DNA of 64,000 nucleotides from Veleropilina oligotropha (Eukaryota): NCBI GenBank assembly GCA_048128005.1, contig JBEUKZ010000071.1, positions 496,001 to 560,000 of the forward strand, read 5' to 3'. Shown piece by piece: positions 21,667 to 31,517 of this stretch (position 1 is its first letter; each line of letters starts with the position of its first letter). The notes under the pieces were generated by a model. It saw only the letters and a program-made list of their open reading frames with translations, ran no database searches and was not told where the DNA came from. The position numbers and the translations under genes were made by a program.

Positions 21667-22933
21667 TCTCAATATTGAGCTGCGCGTCCATGATCACGAA
21701 CTCGTAGACGTTCAACGGGCCGGCTGCCTCGCCTGTTTTAGTGATCTGAATGGTGATACCCTCGCTGGCGTTCTCTATCCTCCGGCCTGACCCATGCAGC
21801 TGATCGTCGTCGGTTACCCTCAGGTCTATCCAGAGTGCGAATTTTTTGGTCAAGAACTCGCCCAGTGTGACATCCGACAGCGCCAAATCCTTTGCGACCA
21901 GACCGGTTGTGGGATGCCGCTTGCTGCTCGGGCTGGAGGCGAACAGTTTTTTGGCTTCTTCCCACACCTGGTATGAACGCATACCGGAGCTGTAGATCTG
22001 ATTCGAAACCCCTTCAATGGTTATCTCGACTTTCATTATTTTCGGGTTATAGAAGGCCTCGGTGTCCCTCGCGAATGGTGCGGCGTCTCTCGCGGGATCC
22101 TCGAACAAAAGTAGGATGCCATTCATCGACCGCGCGGGTACGTTCAAATTTAAATTCCACAGAGTATCGCTTTTGTTCCAGGTGAACTTACGATGCCGGA
22201 GCACACGGTCGTAGAGGATGGCGAGGCGGCCCGAGTATTGGTTGCGTATCACTCTGGCCAATTCTACCTGGGTGACCACGTCGTATTCCAGGCTGATGTT
22301 GTAGCTGGAACTGGGGTCGTCCATATTCCGGATAGTCCGGGAGTAGTCGTTGAACGTGAGTTCGTACTCCAAACGGTCCCCGAGAGCACTTTGGTAGAAC
22401 GGCATATGGCTCTCCAATAATTCGAAGTCCAGCGGGATGCGAAACCTATTACCATACGCGTCCGAGATGGCCACATCCTCAGACACTCTGAAGGCTTCTG
22501 ACGCACCAACACGATGCTTCGTAGTATTTTGTCCATCGCTGGTATCAATTCCCTGATATTGGGCATTCTGGCGCTCCCCTGGGGTCTTCCAGAGGTCGCA
22601 GTAGCAGTGATACACGTCGGAGTCATCGATAGACATGATCTCGTTGCCACTGATCTTGATCGTGGTCTTTTTTATCACGGCGCGGCCAATGTTCTGAACT
22701 ACGGTTCTGGTCGGGTTAGCCGAGTTCAGAGAGATCGTGAATGCCAGGTGGGCCGTCCCTGGCACGATCACGTCATGAGCCCCGAGATTAGGGAACCGCA
22801 CCAACAGCTGCTGGTTCGCAGCGATGGTGGATGGATTGTTTGTTATGGTCACAGATTGGCGGATACCCTTGACCCCGAGGGGCTCTCGCAGTCTTCGATA
22901 TGGGTCAAGCTTGCGTCCGTAAAGGCTGGCCAT
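21638..22933 (-). CDS. Probable major capsid protein (double jelly-roll)
   Basis: 431 aa, beta-strand-rich pattern (LLVRFP, LAFTISL, FRIPLDF, LEYELTF, FALWIDLR), adjacent to the packaging ATPase. Assignment inferred from size, pattern and context. Confidence 0.75.
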   Translation of the reverse strand: MASLYGRKLDPYRRLREPLGVKGIRQSVTITNNPSTIAANQQLLVRFPNLGAHDVIVPGTAHLAFTISLNSANPTRTVVQNIGRAVIKKTTIKISGNEIMSIDDSDVYHCYCDLWKTPGERQNAQYQGIDTSDGQNTTKHRVGASEAFRVSEDVAISDAYGNRFRIPLDFELLESHMPFYQSALGDRLEYELTFNDYSRTIRNMDDPSSSYNISLEYDVVTQVELARVIRNQYSGRLAILYDRVLRHRKFTWNKSDTLWNLNLNVPARSMNGILLLFEDPARDAAPFARDTEAFYNPKIMKVEITIEGVSNQIYSSGMRSYQVWEEAKKLFASSPSSKRHPTTGLVAKDLALSDVTLGEFLTKKFALWIDLRVTDDDQLHGSGRRIENASEGITIQITKTGEAAGPLNVYEFVIMDAQLNIENGRFVTALY

Positions 22934-22976
22934 ATTGTTGGCTGAATTAGATGCGTACCCACGCCATAGTATTCAA

Positions 22977-24313
22977 ATGGCGGAATTCCCGAACCCCGCA
23001 TTCGAGCCTGATATCATCGACAATGATGATCTCATCGACAACGATGATACCATCATCGACGATACTGATGTGGATAGATCCACCGACCGGTTTATACCTG
23101 TTCTTTCGGAACGGCCACAGAAAGGAACCAGCAGACAGCGGCAAGAGCTCGTTCAGGGCGTGGTTGACGACTACTACAAAGCCCTGGCACAGGAGGGGCA
23201 AACCCCGCCCACGTGGCGTGATTATTCCCAGTTCGAGTACGTGAGGGGAAAATTAGGGAGGGGGGGGGAAATTGGTGATGACGGACTACCCCAACATCAA
23301 TCTGATCAATTCTAGGTCCGGTAAACCATTGGCGCTGTCAACAATAGCTAGCCGGCCTGGTGGGGGTGATGCCATTCGAGAAGGGTTGGGTTTTGTAGAG
23401 TGGACGCGGCCAGAGAAGCGGGGAGGGGGACAAAAGCTGTCCTCAAAAGCGGTTGCAACTCTTCAGACAGCCGACAATGAGTTGAGCGGTGCGGCCGCCA
23501 ATGTAGACAGCGTAGAACTGCACGACTTGGGGCAGACAGCGACAAAGGCCTCAGAAGCGATCCACACAATGGAGACGACGTTCACAGACGCCGAGGTTGA
23601 AGAGTTCTTGAGCACGATGGGGGGGGACCCTCCATTAAACCTTCGTGAGCTTCGCGGGCTTGACAAGGCGATGCAGACAATCCGAGGCGAGCTCACGAAC
23701 AACCTGGCCAAGCTATCGGCACTTGACGAACACATAGAGCTGGAGAAAAGGAAGCTCGATCAGGCGGATGAAGAGGGCGGTATGGAAGATTTTGTTCGTC
23801 GACGGATCACGGAACGTCTGCGCAATTTAAATGACGAGAGAGCAGCTCGCCTAGAGGCAGCCGGGAAGCCCTTCGCTCTCAAATCAGCTGGATCCGCGAG
23901 ACGATAAGTCTGATTCTCCACTCGGATACTACGCTGGCCGAGCGTATCCGGACCCTGTTCCGCGAGCAAGGGGTAACGATTGTGACTATACTGACCGCGA
24001 TCGGCATGGCCATCTCGACTTTGGTACTAGCCCTGACAGGCGGAGCGCCGAGCATCGCACCAACACCACCACCTCCCAGTGGTCAGGGGGGGTCAAGGAG
24101 TGGGTCAAAAAGCAGCTGCAGAACCTGGGTCGGATTCTGGGCAAACTAGCAGGGAAGGCGGCTGCCGCACTCCCAGGAATACTTGGAAGCCTGGTCTCCT
24201 GGCTAATCAACCTGGTCGGCAAGACAGCGTCGTGGCTGGCCGAGAACCTGTGGGCTGTGATTATATCTGTTGGGGGCTTGCTTCTTATTGCCGCTAGACA
24301 GTGGGTCACGTAA
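22977..24313 (+). pseudogene. Coiled-coil/membrane viral protein (~440 aa) broken by three frameshifts
   Basis: Reading continues across shifts near 23260, 23862 and 24090: MAEFPNPAF...; VMTDYPNINL...; EALRSQ...LFREQGVTIVTILTAIGMAISTLVLAL...; VKEWVKKQL...LWAVIISVGGLLLIAARQWVT*. Confidence 0.75.
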
Positions 24314-25574
24314 GCCAAATGAACGCTAGGCCAACGACAATGCCGCCCACGATGAGTGCGGTTTTCTCCTCGTCATGTGAGGCAACCCCGGCTGGAACAG
24401 CTGCCGGCTCATCGTTTGGATGCTTTGGAGCATCTGCCCGTAAGACTGCGTCTTGTGGGATGACCAGTCCTGTTTCTCCAGTCTCCCCAGTGGGTGGAAC
24501 AACGAAATCGTTGACCGTCGTATTAAGACCGAGTGTCTGGTTTTCCGTAGCAACGACGATTTCGTTGTTATACCCAGCCACCTGCCCAATCCGCAGAAGC
24601 ATGTCACTTGGCGCCATGTACAGGCCAACGCCGAATACGAAGTCTACCTTGGACCTGGCATACTGTAGCACCTCCTGGTACCGTTTGATGGCTGCCGGGA
24701 GGTCCACTGGCGATGCGATGGCATCTTCCACGTTCGCCAGGAACTGTTTCTGCGCGTCAAATGCCGTCCCACTACCCAGAATACTTGCACGCGTTTGAGC
24801 CTGCGCTCCAAGAATAGCCCAGACGTAGGTCCTGATGGAATCATTGAGCCTTTCCACGCCGGCCTGGGTAAACCCCACCGACCTGTCCAGGATGAAGGAA
24901 GCCCATCCGTTTGAAAGCGCAGGCGCTTGCGCGATGTAGTCCACGTGTAGATTCGAGTTGGTGGTCCCTTTTGTGAAGGACATTCGGCTGGGATCATACG
25001 CACGACCTATGGGGTGGTAGCCATTGTTCGTTCAGTAGCTGAACGCGGTGCCTAGTCCGCCGTTGGGACCCTCGACACGCCAGTCGGTGTGCGGAGACAC
25101 TCCAAACTCGCTGCAGATCTTCTCATATGCCCTTCGATCATACGGGGTGTCAAACGCACCCCACGTCCCGTCTTGTGGCAGCGGCGCCTGAATTTCGGTC
25201 AGTACCCTTCGGACCTGATAGTAGACGTGGAAGGTGAATACGGCTCTGGATAGGGGGTCGGTCGCATTCAAGTGGTCTTCTGAGGAGATCCCGGAACCTG
25301 TTGTGGCACACCAGACTGCGAAGTTGACCTTGTTCTGCCAAAACCTCATCGGTGTGCGGTGCCAATCTCATATCAGGCGGTCACTCGCGACATGTGGGAG
25401 GCGGTATTTTTGAAAGACGTCGGGGTAGTCTGCCCCGAATGCAGGATGGGGAGATTCAGACGAGGAGACAACGATGCGTGGTTTTGTAAGCTGCTCATCT
25501 TTGATCTTTGCTGGGTACACCACACCGCTCGCATAGGCCGCACTCCTATTGAATACAAAGGCGCTCTTAGCCAT
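24306..25574 (-). pseudogene. ~422-aa viral protein with C-terminal TM anchor, interrupted by two in-frame TGA codons
   Basis: ORF-track pieces 25368-25589, 25032-25349 and 24306-24983 share one frame; TGA at 25368-25370 and 25032-25034. Confidence 0.8.
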
Positions 25575-25578
25575 AGCT

Positions 25579-26310
25579 ATGTTCCACACATTAACGAGTG
25601 TTCAAGAGGGGACCGCGGTTGCCCTCCTGGAGCCGATTGATAACCGGGAAGGCAAGTTATGTGTCAGCTTGCAGTCGCTCGACTATTGGGTCGGCTGGCA
25701 CAACGTGCACGCCGGAGCCTTCTTCCAAACCCCCGATACCACGGTCGAGGTAGCACCAGGTTTCTACAGCTTCGATGACCTCGCCAAGACGATGAAGAGG
25801 TCGCTAGTTAACATACAGCTAGATGTAAGCCACGCTACGGGACTCGCCCGAATCGTGGTCCCAGAGGGGACTCGACTCGCGATAAGCGACGATATACGGA
25901 AGCTCCTCGGCTTAAACCTTTCTTCGTTTATTCTCGATAAATCGGGGAATCTGAACCCACCCCTTCAAGGAGTACGGGGCCGTACTCCTCCGGAGAGATC
26001 CGAGGGGCTACGCCCCGGGACTTATGACGGGAACAAGCCGGTAGGGTTTGCCATAGCGCCGACCCTACACGTTCACCTGGAGCAGCTCAGTACAACACAC
26101 AATGTGAAAGACGGTGCCCCGAGCAATATTCTCGCGGTGGTCCCTATCACGTCGCAGATATTCGGTGAAGCTGGCCACTATCATAGCTATCCCGCCGGCC
26201 GGCGACTACAGGCCGGGGTTCTCACAGAGTTGAAGGTGTACGTCACAGACGCAGATGGTAACCCGATCGACAATCACGGCATGCCTATTACCGCAGTCCT
26301 TGCGATATAA
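25579..26310 (+). CDS. Probable minor capsid (penton-like, single jelly-roll) protein
   Basis: PGFYSFDDL, DGAPSNILAVVPI and C-terminal LKVYVTDADGNPIDNHGMPITAVLAI resemble Polinton penton signatures. Confidence 0.7.
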   Translation: MFHTLTSVQEGTAVALLEPIDNREGKLCVSLQSLDYWVGWHNVHAGAFFQTPDTTVEVAPGFYSFDDLAKTMKRSLVNIQLDVSHATGLARIVVPEGTRLAISDDIRKLLGLNLSSFILDKSGNLNPPLQGVRGRTPPERSEGLRPGTYDGNKPVGFAIAPTLHVHLEQLSTTHNVKDGAPSNILAVVPITSQIFGEAGHYHSYPAGRRLQAGVLTELKVYVTDADGNPIDNHGMPITAVLAI

Positions 26311-26657
26311 TGAGCAGCATCTACGGGACCCTGCTTGCAGATGAGCCTTCCCCGACCCGGTGGCACTTCGTTCTTAATTGTGGGGAAGCGCCCAAGAAGG
26401 GGCTGGCGAGGAGGGAGTTCATGATTCCAAACACTGGAGGTCGGTTTGGGTTGAACCCATCCATTCTAATGATCCACATGACGCCGATCCAGCCGGCCGG
26501 GGGGGCTCCCAAGGCATGTTCCATAAATAGGTTTGGCCTGGATTCGGACAAGTTGACCCTCGCCTTTGCCATCAAGGCCCCCTGGGTGGGGACCATGTAT
26601 TTGAACGTAACGGTAGACATGTGGAATCAACAGGCCGAACAATACAGCCACGAATAA
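26310..26657 (+). CDS. Hypothetical viral protein (115 aa)
   Basis: TAATG stop-start overlaps with both neighbours. Confidence 0.65.
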   Translation: MSSIYGTLLADEPSPTRWHFVLNCGEAPKKGLARREFMIPNTGGRFGLNPSILMIHMTPIQPAGGAPKACSINRFGLDSDKLTLAFAIKAPWVGTMYLNVTVDMWNQQAEQYSHE

Positions 26658-27262
26658 TGGACAGCAAGCCCTCAGCGCCAACGCTGTACCCACAGCTTGG
26701 TGGCGATGTGCCTTCGGAAGTTCCGGAGGCACAGTCTTTCCGACTACAGAAAGTGAATGAGCTTCAGGGACAGCTAGAACGAGAACGGGATGCTCGAGCT
26801 GCCCTATATAAGAAATACCGACGAGGCGTTAATGTCGTTGACGGGATCGATATGGGTAGCGCCGGCATTGGTCTACTGTCCACGATCGTTGCGGCACCTG
26901 TGGTCCTAGTGCTGGAATTAGCGGCATTGGGGTGTGGGCTCGCAAGCATGGGGGGAAAATACATTAGCCGCCGCCTTCAGGTGAAGGCTAAAAAGCACGA
27001 CGAGATCCGAGTACTGGCCGACAGCAAACTGAATACCATAACCGACCACGTCTCAAAGGCCTTAGCGGACGGGGTGATGTCTGATGATGAATTCCGACTG
27101 GTCACGGGGGAGATGGAAAAATATCGGACATTGAAAGCCACCCTGCGTCTCAAAAGTCTAAAGGCGCACACCGCGGTGTCACAGACCCAAACCGAGCTTC
27201 TTGAGCGTGGTCGTAAAGAGGGACGCGCAGAATTGCTGAAAAAAATCGGGGCTGGCGACTAA
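26657..27262 (+). CDS. Viral membrane/coiled-coil protein with N-terminal PSAP and LYPxL motifs
   Basis: MDSKPSAPTLYPQL..., coiled coil, hydrophobic hairpin GIGLLSTIVAAPVVLVLELAALGCGLA, C-terminal coiled coil. Confidence 0.75.
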   Translation: MDSKPSAPTLYPQLGGDVPSEVPEAQSFRLQKVNELQGQLERERDARAALYKKYRRGVNVVDGIDMGSAGIGLLSTIVAAPVVLVLELAALGCGLASMGGKYISRRLQVKAKKHDEIRVLADSKLNTITDHVSKALADGVMSDDEFRLVTGEMEKYRTLKATLRLKSLKAHTAVSQTQTELLERGRKEGRAELLKKIGAGD

Positions 27263-27341
27263 CCATCCAGGTTGAGCGTGGGGTGGGAGACCCCCCTCCC
27301 CCGTATTAAAGCTTGAACTGGACAGTGATATCTGGACAACC

Positions 27342-27752
27342 ATGAACTCCATACTACTTCTGTGCATTGCCGCGGTGTCCTGGCTAGCGGGTGTCTCCCA
27401 GGCGTCGACACATGACACTGCATTAATTCTCGAACATACGTGGGCCAGGTACCGAAATCACCCCATGTACAACATACGACTCGACCCCTTGCGAAGAAAC
27501 TTGCTACGAGACCCCACCCCTGAGGTATCCCCACCCTCATGTCACTACTTTATTATCGGAGAGAATGACTGTGAGGCGCCCGACCCAAATACTGTGGTCT
27601 GCATCGAATGCGCCGAGCCGTCCTTATGCCGTGGTAAACATGGGCATTACTACTCAATGTTATCTACCGGCTGCAGGGGTACGTGGAGTCAGATAGGACA
27701 GCACTCGCCATGCAATTGCAGCTTAGCCAGCGGTAACTACATATTTATATAA
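27342..27752 (+). CDS. Secreted cysteine-rich protein (accessory/cargo gene)
   Basis: Signal-peptide-like MNSILLLCIAAVSWLAGVSQA; 8 Cys in the C-terminal ~70 aa. Confidence 0.6.
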   Translation: MNSILLLCIAAVSWLAGVSQASTHDTALILEHTWARYRNHPMYNIRLDPLRRNLLRDPTPEVSPPSCHYFIIGENDCEAPDPNTVVCIECAEPSLCRGKHGHYYSMLSTGCRGTWSQIGQHSPCNCSLASGNYIFI

Positions 27753-28432
27753 CAGCTGCTTGGGAATTCCCTGCCCTACAATATATTTTCAGGTTTCCCC
27801 AGTGTTATATTAATAGCCGTTAGGCCGTCTACTGTCGTTTCTCCTAGTCGCCTATTCATAGTCCGCTGGTATTGTTATTAACACTGCTCGGGGATTCCCT
27901 GCCCGCAATGACTTGAAACCATGAAACAATAGACTTCCATAGCCTAATTGGTTTCTCGGCGGGTATGAAAAGATGCGCTTCTCTTATCAAGACACGCCAG
28001 ATCCGGGTCTTTACAAATACCTCGTCGCGTTGTATCAAGGCTATTGTTATATCAATGCTATTGCTATCACAAGCCGCGTATATGTCTGGTTGACCCAGTT
28101 AAAAAAAGATTTTGTCAAACGCATTTCTGGTGGCACAGATAAAAAGAGATTTGCTCCAGATTTGCACGGTCGACAAAAAATCGGTAACCAATGTTTTGAT
28201 TTCACAAAATTTAGTTACCAGAAACTTTTTCGGTTACAGCTTTCTCGCTGAACTGGCACTTTTTGAGCTGAGTCATCCCCATGAGTCGACAGTTATTGCT
28301 AGCTCAACGCACTAACGCTTCTTGAGAACGAGCACACTAGGTCAGCCACGGGCTATGAATAGACCAGGATGCAAACATTAAACAATACCATTGACACATA
28401 GACTATTCTAAGCTGCCCTAGTTCAGGACAGC

Positions 28433-28626
28433 GCTCTGTACACACGGTGACTTTTGTAATACAAGCCCTACCCTGGGGTCTGAAATAGGGCTGGGAGCCT
28501 CCCCGGCCGCCCTGGGCCCCTAGTCTAAACTGCCTTAGGGGCTCGTACTACACCACCTCAGTTCTGAAATAGTGCTGGGAGCCTTATTTTTTCATTCTAA
28601 AAAGTCTATTCACCCCCCCTGCTGCT
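28433..28626 (-). repeat. Right terminal inverted repeat
   Basis: Ends ...CACCCCCCCTGCTGCT, followed by TSD CGTGT. Confidence 0.95.
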
Positions 28627-28756
28627 CGTGTAAATTAAGAAAGTGATGTCATTTTTGTCTCACCCATAGGAAAAGAGACATAGGTAATGCTTTTCTGTTG
28701 GCGACGTCAACAATTGTTAAAGTTTTGCGTTTAGGTCTATTTCTCAAAAAGTATAA

Positions 28757-29500
28757 GTCTTCTTCTTCTTTTAATCTGCTGCCGTCGCCTGGCGTACGAT
28801 TATGCAGATAATGAAGTGCAGTGTGCATGCGCGAGTGACAAATATTTGTAATAAAATAGTGGATAAAATAAGTGCTGGTGCTCGTTAAAAACAATTTTTT
28901 TATTTAATTTGCATGGGAGTAATGGATGCCTAGGTGCTGTCTAAAAGATTCCAGTGACGGCGCTGACACGACATGTGCGGGTAGGGTATTCCAGGTGGTA
29001 ATGGTGACGTGACGGCGCTGACACGACGTGCGGGTAGGGTATTCCAGGTGGTAATGGTGACGTGACTGCGCTGACACGACATGTGCGGGTAGGGTATTCC
29101 AGGTGGTAATGGTGACGTGACGGCGCTGACACGACATGTGCGGGTAGGGTATTCCAGGTGGTGATGGTGACGTGACGGCGCTGACACGACATGTGCAGGT
29201 AGGGTATTCCAGGTGGTAATGGTGACGTGACGGCGCTGACACGACATGTGCGGGTAGGGTATTCCAGGTGGTAATGGTGACGTGACGGCGCTGACACGAC
29301 ATGTGCAGGTAGGGTATTCCAGGTGGTAATGGTGACGTGACGGCACTGACACGACATGTGCGGGTAGGGTATTCCAGGTGGTAATGGTGACGTGACGGCG
29401 CTGACACAACATGTGCGGGTAGGGTATTCCAGGTGGTAATGGTGACGTGACGGCGCTGACACGACATGTGCGGGTAGGGTATTCCAGGTGGCGATGGTGA
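28757..29500 (-). mobile_element. 5'-truncated LINE 3' fragment (RTE-X-like) whose 5' part is tandemly amplified
   Basis: The minus strand encodes the typical RT-ORF C-terminus WNTLPAHVVSAPSLESFRQHL, then a 3' UTR ending in (AGA)n. Confidence 0.6.
28954..29500. repeat. 55-bp minisatellite, ~10 copies
   Basis: Unit GTGACGTGACGGCGCTGACACGACATGTGCGGGTAGGGTATTCCAGGTGGTAATG. Confidence 0.95.
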
Positions 29501-29629
29501 CAACGAAGAATGACTGTCCATAACAGATTATGCAGTGATTTGGTTGTGCCAGAATCTGGTTGTGTTTGATGAAATATTGTAATAATTATAACTAGAAATA
29601 TTATTACACAATATTTATTCTCCATTTAG

Positions 29630-29695
29630 GAATGCAGAAACTATTGCTTATTTTTGGTCCAATTGGAATGTTCCTGTCCATCGATGGGCTAGTCG
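29630..29695 (+). CDS. DGAT1: DGAT1 exon (NAETIAYFWSNWNVPVHRWASR)
   Basis: AG/GT-bounded 66 bp; MBOAT FWxxWNxPVH motif. Confidence 0.93.
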
Positions 29696-30090
29696 GTGAG
29701 AAGTTCTCAAATACAGTCATGATCTATATGGGATTTTGAATATGCTTTACTTCAGTATTGTTCCTTCTTTAATATTTAAACTTATATTATATGATATTTC
29801 GTCACATATGCATATATATCATTTTAAATTATACCGGACTTTTAAAAAAAAATGCATCTATATGTTGATGTTATTTGAAATATCATTATATTAATTTTGT
29901 TTTTATGCTACTGTCCTGGATTATCATGCATCAATTCAAATCAAACAATACATTTTTAATCTAGGAAGATTATAGTTAGAGAGTCATTTTGTGATAGATT
30001 CAATAATAGCAATGTTTCTGTTGGATCAATGTATTAGCACTTCTGACAGCGATTACTTACTCCATGTTGTTTTCTTCATGGCTTCTGCAG

Positions 30091-30178
30091 GCATCTGTAC
30101 AAGCCATTACTCCGGCGAGGATACACGAAGCAAGTGGCAGCCAGTGCTGTTTTCTTCGCATCTGCGTTCTTTCATGAA
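30091..30178 (+). CDS. DGAT1: DGAT1 exon ([29 protein letters not shown])
   Basis: AG/GT-bounded 88 bp; contains the catalytic His motif SAFFHE. Confidence 0.93.
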
Positions 30179-30287
30179 GTATGAACATTAATTTTGTATT
30201 ATGTTAAATATTAAATATATATGGACAAATTATTCTGTTCACCATATACTTCACTAGAATGCATTTTAAAGTGTTGATATTTTAAAA

Positions 30288-30915
30288 TTTTATTGGCCCG
30301 CCTGCTAGGCAGGGCTATAGTCGTGGACTGGCATCCGCTGATCGCTTTCTGTCACATAGAAGATGAACCGCTGGACGTACGATTTTCATATTTGGTATAC
30401 ACCTTGTATCCCACCAGGCCTTGCCTAAGTTCAGAGATGGGGTCACTGGGTCAAAGGTCAAGGTCGTTTTTGTGTATTTCCAATCTGGACATGGAAGATT
30501 GCTTTCTATCAATTACAAGATGAAGCGCTTGACCTACGCTTTTTGGCATACACCTTGTATACCATCAGGCCTTGCCTAAGTTCAAAGATGGGGTCAAAGG
30601 TTAAGGTCGTTTTCGTGTATTTCCAGTCTCGACTTGGAAGATTGCTTTCTGTCAAATAGAAGACAAATCGTTGGACCTACGCTTTTCATATTTGGTATAC
30701 ACCTTGTATCCCATCAGGCCTTGCCTAAGTCCAAGTTGGCATCACTGGGTCAAAGGTCAAGGTCATTTTCATGTATTTCCGTTCTTGACTTGGAAGATCG
30801 CTTTCTGTCACATAGAAGATGAACCGCTGGAGCTATGCTTTTCATATTTGGTATACACCTTGTATACCATCAGTCATTGCGTAATTTGGTGTCACTGGGT
30901 CAAAGGTCAGGGTCA
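30288..30915. mobile_element. Non-autonomous repeat with ~190-bp internal tandem units (Helentron/HINE-like)
   Basis: Starts in a T-run with a short hairpin (GCCCGCCTGCTAGGCAGGGC); three diverged units containing GGTCAAAGGTCAAGGTC. Confidence 0.5.
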
Positions 30916-31454
30916 TATGAACAATTGTAACATGTATACTTTCTGACAGTTACTATGAAATTTATGATTATTATTACATTATTGATTATTTAATATCTAT
31001 GGATGTATTATCTACAAAAGGCGGGCGAGTATGAGGAGCATAATACCTCTAGTATCTATATGTCCCAGCAATGTGGATGTATTGTATACAAAAGGCGGGC
31101 CAGTATACGTAGGAGCATAATACCTCTAGTATCTATATGTCCCAGCAATGTCTGTATGGCTTGGACTTTATGGATGTATTGTATACAAAAGGCGGGCCAG
31201 TATACGTAGGAGCATAATACCTCTAGTATCTATATGTCCCAGCAATGTCTGTATGGCTTGGACTTTTTGAACAACTGTTTTACTCAGAATGTTTGTAAAT
31301 CAACAACCATATTAACAGTCATATATGTACTTCTTGGTTTTTAAAATAAATTAGATTATTATTATTCAGCTTGATTATAATTTCACTCTCTTTGAGATAA
31401 AATATAGAAAGGCGAGTGTAAATAAAGTAATTTTGTTTATTTTCTCTTTTTCAG

Positions 31455-31517
31455 TATCTCGTCAGTGTGCCTTTGAGAATGTTTCGAGTGTGGGCTTTCA
31501 CTGCAATGTTAGGACAG
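31455..31517 (+). CDS. DGAT1: DGAT1 exon (YLVSVPLRMFRVWAFTAMLGQ)
   Basis: AG/GT-bounded 63 bp; near-identical to vertebrate YLVSVPLRMFRLWAF. Confidence 0.93.

Larger units (their letters stand above)
13279..28626. mobile_element. Endogenous Polinton/Maverick-like virus, complete, inside a DGAT1 intron
   Basis: TIRs at 13279-13473 and 28433-28626, TSD CGTGT at 13274-13278 and 28627-28631, GC-rich intronless compact ORFs, and integrase, packaging ATPase, capsid-like and polB-like genes. Confidence 0.95.

Noticed and set aside
27856..28315. Short ORFs near the right TIR
   Set aside because: Lower-GC region, mutually overlapping ORFs, no motifs; cannot be supported as genes.
13279..28626. Bacterial prophage or contamination
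   Set aside because: It is cleanly inserted with a TSD between two phase-compatible DGAT1 exons, and the RVE integrase plus A32-type ATPase are eukaryotic-virus hallmarks.
28904..29625. His/Cys-rich repeat proteins
   Set aside because: Translations of the 55-bp minisatellite.
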